DNA of 64,000 nucleotides from Bdellovibrionales bacterium (GTDB lineage Bacteria; Bdellovibrionota; Bdellovibrionia; Bdellovibrionales; JAUICD01): NCBI GenBank assembly GCA_965203275.1, contig OZ241865.1, positions 2,464,001 to 2,528,000 of the forward strand, read 5' to 3'. Shown piece by piece: positions 53,690 to 64,000 of this stretch (position 1 is its first letter; each line of letters starts with the position of its first letter). The notes under the pieces were generated by a model. It saw only the letters and a program-made list of their open reading frames with translations, ran no database searches and was not told where the DNA came from. The position numbers and the translations under genes were made by a program.

Positions 53690-54182
53690 ATTCCTCCAAA
53701 CGCATCCTGCTGTGAGCTTATTTTGAAATAGCCAATCTTTAAGCTGTCGACCAAAGACAAGTAATGCTAAGCATCTCTTCATTTTGAAGTGATCTTTTGT
53801 TAGTGGATTGTTCGCATTTTTATTTGCTTCATCCATAACTTCATCCATAACTAATGACTCTTGTTTTTGACCGGCACTCATTATTGTCTCATTTTGAAAG
53901 TATTTAAAAATTATTTTGAAACCATTTAAAAACTTTAAAAAGCATTAAAAAACCATTAACATATCCTAGACCAATAACCCTTATTAAAACCCATAAATTT
54001 TATGCTCTTACGCAAATCACAAAGCTCCTTGGACCTATTATATTAACTATATCTATAAAAAAATACTACCTATAAGGACTAAAGAAGGTTCGCTTAAAAA
54101 AATAATAATAGTTGTGAAAGATATTTTGATTTTTTTGCAAAATAAGTTACAATAAATAGAGTATACATCTAAGGAGGATCTT

Positions 54183-54548
54183 ATGGAGAGCATTCATGTT
54201 TCAAGTAGAGATGGTACTTCAATACTTGCTTTAAAAGGCCGTGTTGACGCTGCTACATCAGGTCAAATCCATGAAAGAATTATGGATGAGATAGAAAAAG
54301 GCTGCAAAAGAATGATCATTGATTTTTCTGAAGTGACTTATATCTCAAGTGCAGGTTTGAGAATACTCATTTATGCTTCAAAGGCTCTGACTAAAAATTC
54401 AGGCACACTTGTCATCACTGCTTTAAATGATAACATTCAAAAAATATTTGAAATGACAGGCCTATCTAAGTTATTCCATATCACAAAAGATATTCCTTCT
54501 GCATTAGGACTCAATGACTCAACAGAGAGTAATGTCAAAGGTGCTTGA
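54183..54548 (+). CDS. STAS-domain anti-sigma factor antagonist
   Basis: GRVDA, IDFSEVTYISSAGLR and IFEMTGL motifs. Confidence 0.93.
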   Translation: MESIHVSSRDGTSILALKGRVDAATSGQIHERIMDEIEKGCKRMIIDFSEVTYISSAGLRILIYASKALTKNSGTLVITALNDNIQKIFEMTGLSKLFHITKDIPSALGLNDSTESNVKGA

Positions 54549-54701
54549 AGACTTATAACAAGCACCCTTTTTTGATATGGCTGGCTTCATTTGACTTGAA
54601 TATACTAAACAAGCGATCCACTTGATTTGGAAAAACTAATTCCATGTACTTTCAAGATAAGAAGTCAAAGCTTTAATACATTTACCATACAAAGTAAAAG
54701 C

Positions 54702-55874
54702 TCAAACTGGCGGATCAGGCGGAGGAGTCAAAGCTTTAATACATTTATCATACAAAGTAAAAGGCTTCATTTTTCTATAATTTCTATAAATTAAATGAAT
54801 TTTATCTTTAAAAGAATTAACTTCAAAAGAATCTTTATTTTTTACCAAAACCTCTTTAATATCTTTTAAGAAAGGTGTAGGTAGAATAGAATAACTCTTT
54901 TTTAGAGTTTTTAAAGCTACTCTTGATTCTTTCCAGCTTATTTCTTCACGAGAAGAAGCTAAATAATTAAAAACTATACGCATTTGCTTAAGTATATCTT
55001 TAAAATCTTCTTGAACTTGTTTTTGTGCAAAATGATATCGAATGTCAGCCATAAGTTCAATAGCTACACGTCTTTGAAAGCGGTTTCTAGGCATTAGGAT
55101 CTCTATTTTTCCATTGCTCTCAAACTGATAAGATCTCTTTGCAGATTCTCCAAAGTAATGAGGATAGCCTTCAATGAACAGAACTCTTTCTTCTATATGG
55201 TTTAGAGCATTTTGCATAATTTTGCTTTCTGGATAAGCATCACCTTTCAGATCATCGGGAGCTTTATTCCTCATGAACAAATGACCTTTTACTTTGGATC
55301 TATGTTCCTTTGGAAACAAAGAGCGAATATATTTGATCACTGTCCCCTCACAACAGGTGTCTACAATAACAGCTGTTTTTTTTCTTTTATTTGCTACATG
55401 GAGTCCTTCCTGTTGCAAGTACTCTTTGAACTTTTCGGTGGCATGCTGAACTATATGAGAACTTATAGGTAGGAGATAAAAATTATTTTGAATTTCAGGA
55501 ATATCTTGCTTTAATACCATAGCAATATCGTAAAAATATTCTGCATCACGAGCTAAAAAATAAAAATCAGCATCAGGGTAAAAAGCCAAAAGTTCTGCTA
55601 GGAAAAACATATAAGCTTTGCGGACCTCAGGCCAATGCTTAATCCATCGAGAATCACGGGATAATGCTTGTGCTGGCTGTATTTTTTTAGGTTCTATATC
55701 TAGAATAAAAGGACGTACGCTATATGGTATATATATTTCGTAACTATCCCCTCTAGGACTCAGAACCATTAAACTGTCCGGATCATCTTCCTCTAATACT
55801 ACTGATGATGTTCCCAAACCTTTTATACAAAAGGTCAATAAAACAACAATAGCCATGCCTACTTTATAATACAT
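54702..55874 (-). CDS. Secreted hypothetical protein, paralog 1 of 3
   Basis: Signal peptide; FYFLARDAEY, VIVDTCCEGT and C-terminal YDKCIKALT. Confidence 0.8.
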   Translation of the reverse strand: MYYKVGMAIVVLLTFCIKGLGTSSVVLEEDDPDSLMVLSPRGDSYEIYIPYSVRPFILDIEPKKIQPAQALSRDSRWIKHWPEVRKAYMFFLAELLAFYPDADFYFLARDAEYFYDIAMVLKQDIPEIQNNFYLLPISSHIVQHATEKFKEYLQQEGLHVANKRKKTAVIVDTCCEGTVIKYIRSLFPKEHRSKVKGHLFMRNKAPDDLKGDAYPESKIMQNALNHIEERVLFIEGYPHYFGESAKRSYQFESNGKIEILMPRNRFQRRVAIELMADIRYHFAQKQVQEDFKDILKQMRIVFNYLASSREEISWKESRVALKTLKKSYSILPTPFLKDIKEVLVKNKDSFEVNSFKDKIHLIYRNYRKMKPFTLYDKCIKALTPPPDPPV

Positions 55875-55893
55875 GTTTCAACCTCACAATCCC

Positions 55894-55949
55894 ATGATCC
55901 TTGATCTATGATCCTTGATCTATGATCTATGATCTACGATCTATGATCC
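55894..55949 (+). repeat. Heptamer tandem repeat (TGATCYW-like, ~8 copies)
   Basis: ATGATCCTTGATCTATGATCC..., upstream of paralog 1 only. Confidence 0.85.
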
Positions 55950-56029
55950 TTTTATATTTATCTTAGTAGATCCATCACATCATTCACCTATAAATAAAAC
56001 ATTCTGAAAAAAATATCTACATCCGCAAA

Positions 56030-57220
56030 TCAAAGGTCATGCTCAGGTGTATCTTCAAGATGAGAAGTTAAAGCTTTAATACATTTATCATATAAAACAA
56101 ATAAAACAAAAGGCTTCATTTTTCTATAAATGAAATGAATTTTATCTTTAAAAGAATCTTTGTTTTTTACCAAAACCTCTTGAATATCTTTTAAGAAATA
56201 TCCAGGTTGAATAGAATAACTCTTTTGTAGAGTTTTTAAAGCTACTCTTGCTTCTTTCCGGTTTATTTTTTCACGAGAAGAAGTTAAATAATTAAAAACT
56301 ATACGCATTTGCTTAAGTATATCTTTAAAGTCTTCTTGAACTTGTTTTTGTGCAAAATGATATCGAATGTCAGCCATAAATGCAATAGCTACAGATTGGT
56401 TAAAGACGTCTTTAGACATCAGGATATCTATCTTTTCATTGCCCTTGAACTGATGATATTTCTGTGCAGAATATGTAAAATAATGAGGATAATCTTCAAT
56501 GAACGCAACTCCCTTGTCGCCTAGAATATTTTTACTAATCTTGCTTTCTGGATAAGCATCACCTTCAATATCATCGGAAGTGTTATTCCGGGTGAACAAA
56601 TGACCTTTTACTTTGGATCTATGCTCCTTTGGAAATAAAGAGCGAATATATTTGATCACTGTCCCTTTGCAACAGGTGTCTACAATAACAGCCGTTTTTT
56701 TTCTTTTATTTGCTGAATAGAGTCCTTCTTGTTGCAAATATTCTCTTGCATGTTTGGTGATATAATGAGTCATTTTAGAGCTTATGGGTAGGAGATGGAA
56801 ATTATTTTGAATTTCAGGAATTTCTTGCTTTAATACCATAGCAATATCATAAAAATATTCTGCATCACGAGCTAAAAAATAAAAATCAGCATCAGGGTAA
56901 AAAGCCAAAAGTTCTGCTAGGAAAAACATATAAGCTTTGCGGACATCAGGCCAACGCTTAATCCATCGAGAATAATAATAACCATGAAATAATGCTTGTG
57001 CTGGCTGTATTTTTTTAGGTTCTATATCTAGGATAAAAGGACGTAAGCTATATGGTATATATATTTCGTCGTACTCATATCCTCCAGGATTTTGAGCTAT
57101 TAAGATGTCTGTGTCTGTGTCTGCATCCTTACCTTCCACTAATACTACTGATGATGTCCCTAAACCTTTTATACCAAAAGCCAACAAAACAACAATAGCT
57201 ATGCCTACTTTATAATACAT
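56030..57220 (-). CDS. Secreted hypothetical protein, paralog 2 of 3
   Basis: High similarity to both neighbours; same leader and upstream region. Confidence 0.8.
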   Translation of the reverse strand: MYYKVGIAIVVLLAFGIKGLGTSSVVLVEGKDADTDTDILIAQNPGGYEYDEIYIPYSLRPFILDIEPKKIQPAQALFHGYYYSRWIKRWPDVRKAYMFFLAELLAFYPDADFYFLARDAEYFYDIAMVLKQEIPEIQNNFHLLPISSKMTHYITKHAREYLQQEGLYSANKRKKTAVIVDTCCKGTVIKYIRSLFPKEHRSKVKGHLFTRNNTSDDIEGDAYPESKISKNILGDKGVAFIEDYPHYFTYSAQKYHQFKGNEKIDILMSKDVFNQSVAIAFMADIRYHFAQKQVQEDFKDILKQMRIVFNYLTSSREKINRKEARVALKTLQKSYSIQPGYFLKDIQEVLVKNKDSFKDKIHFIYRKMKPFVLFVLYDKCIKALTSHLEDTPEHDL

Positions 57221-57327
57221 GTTTCAACCTCATAATCCCCTCACAATCCCTATTTATCTTAGTAGATCAATCACATCATTTACCTATAAATAAGGCATTC
57301 TTAAAAAAAGACGCCCATATCCGCACC

Positions 57328-58569
57328 TCAACTGTCAAACTCAGGAGGTGTATCTTCCAGATGAGCAGTCAAAGCTTTAATACATTTATCATACAAAGAA
57401 GACTTCATTTTTTCATAAATGAAATAATGGTTACTTTTAAAAGAATCTTTATTTTTTATCAGAACCTCTTGAATATCTTTTAAGAAATCGTCAGGTTTAA
57501 TAGAATAACTCTTTTTTAGAGTTTTTAAAGCTACTCTTGATGTTTTCCAGCTTATTGCTTCACGAGAAGAAGTTAAATAATTAAAAACTATACGCATTTG
57601 CTTAAGTATATCTTTAAAATCTTTTTGAACTTGTTTTTGTGCAAAATAATATCGAATGTCAGCCATAAATTCAATAGCTACAGATTTTTGAGAGACATCT
57701 TTCATCATCATGATCTCTATTTTTCCATCGCTCTTGGATTGATAATATTTCTGTGCAGGGTGTTCAAAGTAATGAGGATAATCTTCAATGAACATAACTC
57801 CCTTGTCACCTAGAATATTTTGAATAATTTTGCTTTCTGGATAAGCATGACCTTCAATATCATCAGACATTTTATCCCGAGTGAACAAATGACCTTTTAT
57901 CTTGGGTCTATGTTCTTTTGGAAATAAAGAGCGAATATATTTGATCACTGTCCCCTCACAACAGGTATCTACAATAACAGCCGTTTTTTTTCTTTTATTT
58001 GCTGAATAGAGTTCTTCTTGTTGCAAATATTCTCTTGCATGTTTGGTGATATAATGAGTCATTTTAGAGCTTATGGGTAGGAGATGGAAATTATTTTGAA
58101 TCTCAGGAATTTCTTGCTTTAATACCATAGCAATATCATAAAAATATTCTGCATCACGAGCTAAAAAATAAAAATCAGCATCAGGGTAAAAAGTCAAAAG
58201 TTCTGCTAGGAAAAACATATAAGCTTTGCGGACATCAGGCCAACGATCAACCAACAGAGAAGCGTGGCTTAATTCTTGTGCTGATTCAGGCAAGGGGGAA
58301 TTAGTTATATCTGCAATCCACAGAGAAACACGGCGTAATAATTGTGCTGTCTGTATTTTTTTAGGTTCTATATCTAAAATAAAAGGACGTAAATTGTAAG
58401 GTATGTGTTTTTCTTCATCTAATGTTGATGATGTTTCTAAACTGTTCACATCATCAATTACGGGCATAGTGAATTCTTTTTCATCTGATTCTGATTCTGA
58501 TGGTGTTCCTAAACCTTTTATACCAAAAACCAACAAAACAACAATAGCCATGCCTGCTTTATAATACAT
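57328..58569 (-). CDS. Secreted hypothetical protein, paralog 3 of 3
   Basis: High similarity to both neighbours; divergent N-terminal insert. Confidence 0.8.
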   Translation of the reverse strand: MYYKAGMAIVVLLVFGIKGLGTPSESESDEKEFTMPVIDDVNSLETSSTLDEEKHIPYNLRPFILDIEPKKIQTAQLLRRVSLWIADITNSPLPESAQELSHASLLVDRWPDVRKAYMFFLAELLTFYPDADFYFLARDAEYFYDIAMVLKQEIPEIQNNFHLLPISSKMTHYITKHAREYLQQEELYSANKRKKTAVIVDTCCEGTVIKYIRSLFPKEHRPKIKGHLFTRDKMSDDIEGHAYPESKIIQNILGDKGVMFIEDYPHYFEHPAQKYYQSKSDGKIEIMMMKDVSQKSVAIEFMADIRYYFAQKQVQKDFKDILKQMRIVFNYLTSSREAISWKTSRVALKTLKKSYSIKPDDFLKDIQEVLIKNKDSFKSNHYFIYEKMKSSLYDKCIKALTAHLEDTPPEFDS

Positions 58570-59028
58570 GTTTCAACCTCACAATCCCCTCACAATTCCT
58601 ATTTATCTTAATAGATCAATCACATCATTTAACTTTATATTAAACACAACGCCACAACGCCTTTTGATGTACTACAGATCATCATATTTGTCAAATAAAA
58701 TATAAGTGTGACAAAAAAAGAAGCTATTTACATTTAAAAGAGAATATAATGCACTTTAAAACAACTAAAACACTTTTTGAAGGTGTACAAAGAAAAAGAA
58801 ATACTTCACTATTCATTTGTCAATTTTATTTTTTGCAGGCAAGGCAAGGCAAGGCAGAATGTTTTATTTATAGTACTGATCTGTTATTTTATGCTCCTCA
58901 AAAAGGTCGCTTGACAAGCCTGCTTAAAAAGAGGTATTTAAAAAAGTACTGTACTAAAATTATACTCAAACTGTATTAATTAAAATAAAAGAATCTAAGA
59001 CATAAGAAAGTAGGGATCATCTATACCA

Positions 59029-60822
59029 ATGACTCTCACAGGCTTGATTTTTTTACCTTTTATTTTTGCCATTAGCTTATTGCTAATCCCTAGCCGTTAC
59101 CAAAAGCTGATCCCTTGGATAGCCCTTGCTTTTGCTACCATTGAGTTTTTCTATTCTCTTGGTATTTTATCCCATTTTGATAAATACACAGCTGATCTGC
59201 AAATGGTAGAACACACCCCTTGGATCAGCTCTTTGGGCATCTCTTACTTTATTGGCATTGATGGCATTTCCCTTCCTCTGGTGATCCTCACAACCTTTAT
59301 TTTGCCTTTTATGATCTTAGGTAGCTTTTCCACTATAAAAGATCGCAGTTTTTATTTTCATCTTTTAGTTTTAGAATCTCTTATGTTGGGTAGCTTTTTA
59401 GCTATGGACGCTATTTTATTTTACACCTTTTTTGAGTCTTCTCTGATCCCCATGTATTTTTTGATGGGTCTTTGGGGAGGTCCAAGGCGTATTTATGCTT
59501 CTGTGAAGTTTTTTATATTCACTATGTTTGGTTCTGTTTTTATGTTAGTTGCTATTATTGCTATGATGTTTGCTGTTCAAACGCAGCTAGGTACTTTAAG
59601 TGCTAATATTTTAGATTTTTATCAAATAGAAATTCCTTTTATCCTTAATATCATTTCAAGCCCTCAAACTTTAATGTTTCTAGCTTTTTCACTGGCTTTT
59701 GCTATTAAGGTACCACTTTTCCCTCTACATACATGGCTACCAGATGCCCACGTGGAAGCTCCTACAGCAGGTTCTGTGGTGTTAGCAAGTATCATGCTGA
59801 AGATGGGAGGTTACGGCTTGATCAGATGGGTGATCCCGCTTTTTCCTCAAGCGACTGAAAACTTAGGATGGATATTTTTAGTCTTAGGAGTGATTGGCAT
59901 TATTTATGGAGCTTGTGTGGCTATGGTGCAAACAGATATTAAAAAGCTAGTTGCTTATTCATCTGTCTCTCACATGGGTTATGTGATTGTTGGTCTATTT
60001 GCTTTAAATATTTATGGCTTCACTGGTGGTTTTTATCAAATGCTCAATCATGGGATCAGCACAGGGGCTTTATTTTTACTTGTAGGGATCATTTATGAAA
60101 GAACAAAAACAAGAGATATTCAAAGTTATGGGGGGTTAGCTTCTGCTATGCCTTTGTATGCCATAGCTTTCTTTATTATAACACTCTCTAGTATTGCAGT
60201 ACCTGGAACAAATGGCTTTATTGGGGAATTATTAATTTTACTAGGTGTGTTTACAGCTCATAAGGGGATAGGTATTTTAGCTGTCTTAGGTGTGATTTTA
60301 GGGGCAGTGTACATGCTGTGGATGTTTAAGGCTGTCTTTTTTGGAAAACAAACTGCCTTAGTGAAAAAGCTCACAAAAGGCCATGAGAGAAAGGACTTAC
60401 ACTTAAGAGAGATCATCTTGCTTTTACCCTTTGTGATTTTGGTATTTTGGATGGGGATCTTTCCTCAGACCTTTTTAAGTTATTCCCAAGCAAGTTTAGA
60501 TCATTTAGTCCATCATCAAAAAACATACACATTGACTGTCCCAGGTAATGTACTTAAAAATCAATCGCCTCTTTTAGAAAGAGAAAATATAACAGAAGAA
60601 ACCATACCCAACATAACACCTACAGAGCCACCCACAGAGGATTCTCCAACAGAGTTACTTAAAGCTAAAGCAACAGAAGATAAAGCAACAGTAAAGCAAG
60701 ATGCCATCAAAGCACAAGAGCCAACAACAGCAGATACAATATCAGAAACACAACAGTCTTTAGATGAAGGGCAAATAAAAAAGCAACTACCAGAAAAAGC
60801 ACCTACAACACAAGAACAATAA
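59029..60822 (+). CDS. nuoM: NADH-quinone oxidoreductase subunit M, with low-complexity C-terminal tail
   Basis: IKVPLFPLHTWLPDAHVEAPT, AYSSVSHMG, NHG and PGTNGFIGE motifs. Confidence 0.96.
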   Translation: MTLTGLIFLPFIFAISLLLIPSRYQKLIPWIALAFATIEFFYSLGILSHFDKYTADLQMVEHTPWISSLGISYFIGIDGISLPLVILTTFILPFMILGSFSTIKDRSFYFHLLVLESLMLGSFLAMDAILFYTFFESSLIPMYFLMGLWGGPRRIYASVKFFIFTMFGSVFMLVAIIAMMFAVQTQLGTLSANILDFYQIEIPFILNIISSPQTLMFLAFSLAFAIKVPLFPLHTWLPDAHVEAPTAGSVVLASIMLKMGGYGLIRWVIPLFPQATENLGWIFLVLGVIGIIYGACVAMVQTDIKKLVAYSSVSHMGYVIVGLFALNIYGFTGGFYQMLNHGISTGALFLLVGIIYERTKTRDIQSYGGLASAMPLYAIAFFIITLSSIAVPGTNGFIGELLILLGVFTAHKGIGILAVLGVILGAVYMLWMFKAVFFGKQTALVKKLTKGHERKDLHLREIILLLPFVILVFWMGIFPQTFLSYSQASLDHLVHHQKTYTLTVPGNVLKNQSPLLERENITEETIPNITPTEPPTEDSPTELLKAKATEDKATVKQDAIKAQEPTTADTISETQQSLDEGQIKKQLPEKAPTTQEQ

Positions 60823-60837
60823 ACATAGAGGATTGAA

Positions 60838-62310
60838 ATGAATATTCCTACTTTTTTAGATTTATGGTTAGTGGTTCCCTTTTTGATTGTATTGATCACA
60901 AGTATTTTTTGTTTAAGTTCTAAGCTGTGGAGCTGGAAGAGGAGTCAAGATTCATTTGTGATTTTTTGGCAGGCTTTATTTGGGGTTGGCTTTGCTCTTG
61001 CATTTTTGGTTTTTTTAAAAAGTAGCTTTCCTGATAGCACATTGATTTTTTCTGATACACTTGTTTTTGATGGTTTATCTTATTATGGGAGTGTATTTAT
61101 TCTTTTTATTGTGGTGGGTGTTTTGTGTTTATCTCAGGGTCATCCTGCTTTAAAGCAACAGTTTATAGAACATCTTTTTTTAATTTTAAATGCTGTGATA
61201 GGTCTGTGGATTTTAATTTGGTCGAACCATTTGATTGTGTCTTTTGTAGGTATAGAGCTGATGTCATTGGCTTTTTATTTGCTGGCAGGTTTAAGTTTAG
61301 AGCAGAAACTCTCCAAAGAAGCTGCCTTTAAATATTTTATTTTAGGGAGTTTAGCTTCTGCTATTTTATTATACGGGATTGCCCTTATTTATGGGTCGGT
61401 CAATAGTTTGTTGATTTCTGATTTTGTGCAGGCATCTTCTTTTTTAATGGAAGATCCTTTATTTTTAATTGGCTTGATTTTATTGATATGTGGGCTTTTC
61501 TTTAAAATATCGCTCTTTCCCTTTCATGCATGGACAGCCGATGTTTATCAGGGTTCACCAACCCCTGTAACAGCCTTTCTTTCCACAGCAGGTAAGTTAG
61601 CTCCTTTTGTGTTGTTGTTGCGTGTAGCAGCCACTGGTGTATTTGCATCTTCTGTGACCTTGATGGATTTAATGCAGTGGCTTGCTGTGTTGACTATGTT
61701 GGTGGGGAATATAGCAGCTCTTCGGCAGACAAACCTTAAGAGGATTTTAGCTTATTCTAGCGTTGCTCATTCTGGATACATTATGTTAGGGGTGATAGCA
61801 TTGAGTTTAGATTCCTCTCAGGGGATGGGGGCAGCGGGGGTGTTATTTTACTTTTTAGCTTACAGTTTAATGAATATCGGTGCTTTTGCCTTTGTCTGTT
61901 TGCTTGAATCTTCAGAGCAAACTTTAGTCACTATGGATTCTATTAAGGGTTTATCATATAAGAGGCCTTATATGGCTTTAGCTTTGGCTGTTTGTTTATT
62001 GAGTTTAGCTGGCATCCCTCCCACAGCTGGCTTTTTTGGAAAGTTTTATATTTTTGCAGCAGCTTTAAATCAAGGGCTGGTGTGGTTAGTGGTGTGGGCA
62101 GTGATCAATTCTGTGATCAGCATATATTATTATTTACGGCCTATTTTATATATTTATATGATGGAGCCAGACAAGTCAGTTAAGGTGCATCCAGATATTT
62201 TAGTTAAATATTTGTTATTATCTTCTGCTAGCTTGATTTTAATTTTGGGTATTTTTGCTGATGGGGTAGTTCGTCAAATAGCAACAGCTATGTCTGTGGT
62301 CTTTCAATAG
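60838..62310 (+). CDS. nuoN: NADH-quinone oxidoreductase subunit N
   Basis: EAAFKYFILG, PFHAWTADVYQGSPT, LAYSSVAH and GIPPTAGFFGKF motifs. Confidence 0.96.
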   Translation: MNIPTFLDLWLVVPFLIVLITSIFCLSSKLWSWKRSQDSFVIFWQALFGVGFALAFLVFLKSSFPDSTLIFSDTLVFDGLSYYGSVFILFIVVGVLCLSQGHPALKQQFIEHLFLILNAVIGLWILIWSNHLIVSFVGIELMSLAFYLLAGLSLEQKLSKEAAFKYFILGSLASAILLYGIALIYGSVNSLLISDFVQASSFLMEDPLFLIGLILLICGLFFKISLFPFHAWTADVYQGSPTPVTAFLSTAGKLAPFVLLLRVAATGVFASSVTLMDLMQWLAVLTMLVGNIAALRQTNLKRILAYSSVAHSGYIMLGVIALSLDSSQGMGAAGVLFYFLAYSLMNIGAFAFVCLLESSEQTLVTMDSIKGLSYKRPYMALALAVCLLSLAGIPPTAGFFGKFYIFAAALNQGLVWLVVWAVINSVISIYYYLRPILYIYMMEPDKSVKVHPDILVKYLLLSSASLILILGIFADGVVRQIATAMSVVFQ

Positions 62311-62327
62311 GCTGCTGTTCCGTTTGG

Positions 62328-62874
62328 TTCACTAAAAGTAAACCAACCTCTGGTTGCTTTTGGGCGATGACCACGATGGCTTTCGCCATCGATAAAATGG
62401 TCATCACCTCAAAAGTCCGTTTACTTTTAGTAGGAGGATCCCTTCGTTTTTTTACACAATGTTAAGGAAAAAGTTCCTTCATCAAGGCTGGCTACCTCAA
62501 AAGCTTGTTCAATTTTAGGAAGGAGGATGTCCTCATTTCTTAACAGCATGTTAAGGAAAAAGATTTCCTTCTGATGTTTGCTCTGACAGCTATCGCTGTC
62601 CAAAAAGAGCAATGCCACAAAAAACTGCTCATTTTGAGTAGAGAGGATATCCTCGTTTTCTAACACGATGTTAGGGAAACAGAGTTTTATTCGCAAACTG
62701 CTTGCTCTTGAGGCAATAAAAGAATTTTTCCCTAACATGGTGTAGAGGAATAAAAAGATCCTCCTCTACTCAAAATAAATGAATTTTCTAGGCAGTTAGC
62801 CTTTGATCGACGGCAGTAGCCGTCGGGCTAACTGCCAGAAAACATGCCAGAGGCATGATTTATTTTGAGTGAAA
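62328..62874. repeat. Inverted doublet cluster of the structured repeat
   Basis: Forward unit, half units, GCTTGCTCTTGAGGCAATAAAAG linker, then reverse unit. Confidence 0.88.
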
Positions 62875-62889
62875 AAAATGCAATAATCT

Positions 62890-64000
62890 TTAGCCTAAGT
62901 TATTTAGTTTTTTCTGTATTTCTCGTATTTTGTTCTCTGTGGACTCTGTGATTTTTGCAATGGTTGAAATATCCATGTTATTTTTAAGCATTTTTAAGAT
63001 AATATCTTGCTTTCCTTCTTCTCTACCTTCTTGCTTTCCTTCTTGCCTACCTTCTTGCCTACCTTCTTCTCTGCCTTTCTCTTGGCCAATCTGAATGCCT
63101 TCCTCTCGGCCAATCTGAATGCCTTTTTTCATAGTTCCTTCTATGGTAAAATCAAATGCTTCCATAATATCTTCTCCTCCTAATTGTTGGGTCACTTCTT
63201 GTGAAGCTGATTGAACAACTTCTTTGTTTAACTGATTATTGTACTGATAAGAATAAGTCATCGCTTTAGTGATGAGTTCTATTATATACTCTTTATCGGT
63301 ACTTTTCGACACTTTTTTCACAAATGAAAAGAATTTTATGAAAAAATCATGCTGTTCCTTTGTGCTTTTTCTACTATCTAAAGACCAAATACCCTGAAAT
63401 AAATGCAAAATAGGACTGATCATTGAACCTTTTGCCTTTGATTCTGTATCATAAACCGATAGATCAAATGGTACATAAGAAAAATTCATAAGGTAAGGAG
63501 CTGTTTCACTCAAAGTGAACTGACCTCTGGTCACTTTCTGGCGATGACCACGACGGCTCACGCCGTCGATAAAATGGTCATCGCCTAGAAAGCCTGTTCA
63601 CTTTGAGTAAGGAGTATCCCTTCCTCTCTTAACAATATGTTAAGGAAACAAGCTGTCTCTTAACATAATGTTAAGGCAAAAATGTTTCATTTGCAAGCTA
63701 CTTGCTCTTAAGGCAATAAAAGGACTTTTTCCTTAACATGATGTAAAGGAATAAAAAGATCCTCCTCTACTCAAAATAAATGGATTTTCTAGGTAGTTAG
63801 CCTTTGATCGACGGTGGTAGCCGTCGGGCTAACTGCCAGAAAACATGCCAGAGGCATGATTTATTTTGAGTGAATCAAACAAGGTTTAAAAAGGCTGATA
63901 TGTTCTCTACACTTTCAAAAAACCTCTTGAAAGACAGGTCATGGACATGGGCTTGAGAAATAGCTTGTTGCTCTTCTTTTTGAGCTTGATTCTTAAGATG
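62890..64000 (-). pseudogene. Rpn/YhgA (transposase_31-like) gene split by a repeat doublet; RpnS-like ORF 62890-63165 intact
   Basis: N-terminal HDLSFKRFF frame at 64000-63875; doublet at 63503-63874; C-terminal FSYVPFDLS...EGRQEG...IAKITES; AGGAGGAG before ATG 63165. Confidence 0.8.
63503..63874. mobile_element. ~370-bp composite (inverted doublet) of the structured repeat within rpn
   Basis: Starts TTTCACTCAAA and ends TTTGAGTGAA; rpn coding sequence on both sides. Confidence 0.75.

Noticed and set aside
58749..58979. 76-aa ORF upstream of nuoM as a nuo subunit
   Set aside because: It is not hydrophobic and shows no similarity to NuoK/L; it is probably promoter-region sequence.
62890..63561. 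Rpn as an intact 223-aa gene, or as the transposase mobilising the repeats
   Set aside because: The ORF's first ~19 codons come from the repeat and the catalytic region is missing. All rpn copies here are disrupted by the repeat, so nothing shows they mobilise it.

Overview
AT-rich bacterial chromosome segment, most likely Bdellovibrionota. This is inferred from the pilin type, spoVG, the nuoA-nuoH pairing and the secreted-protein style; no search was run. Housekeeping genes (tRNA-Gly/Thr-tuf, cysS, mltG, M3 peptidase, citrate synthase, spoVG, tilS, nuoA/H, ald, pheS, nuoM/N, tRNA-Pro/fMet/Leu) alternate with accessory modules. The dominant unexplained feature is a dispersed ~140-bp structured repeat: about 35-40 near-complete copies plus fragments, in ~14 clusters (manual count). 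Its stem sequences vary extensively while base pairing, bulges, an invariant CC-AGA-GG side hairpin and a C-GNNA-G apical loop are kept. Copies form tandem arrays and inverted doublets and interrupt or truncate genes. Other highlights: (1) a predicted exported protein with 9 tandem winged-helix-like repeats that vary mainly in the putative recognition helix and wing; (2) five identically truncated tRNA-Pro 5' fragments upstream of the intact gene; (3) a 5'-truncated pilin paralog with three +1 shifts in G runs near intact pilA; (4) three Rpn remnants that keep a Shine-Dalgarno-led C-terminal RpnS-like ORF; (5) a candidate SIR2-like (DUF4917) + HEPN defence operon; (6) R-M-type methyltransferase loci. 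All family assignments come from motif recognition by eye.
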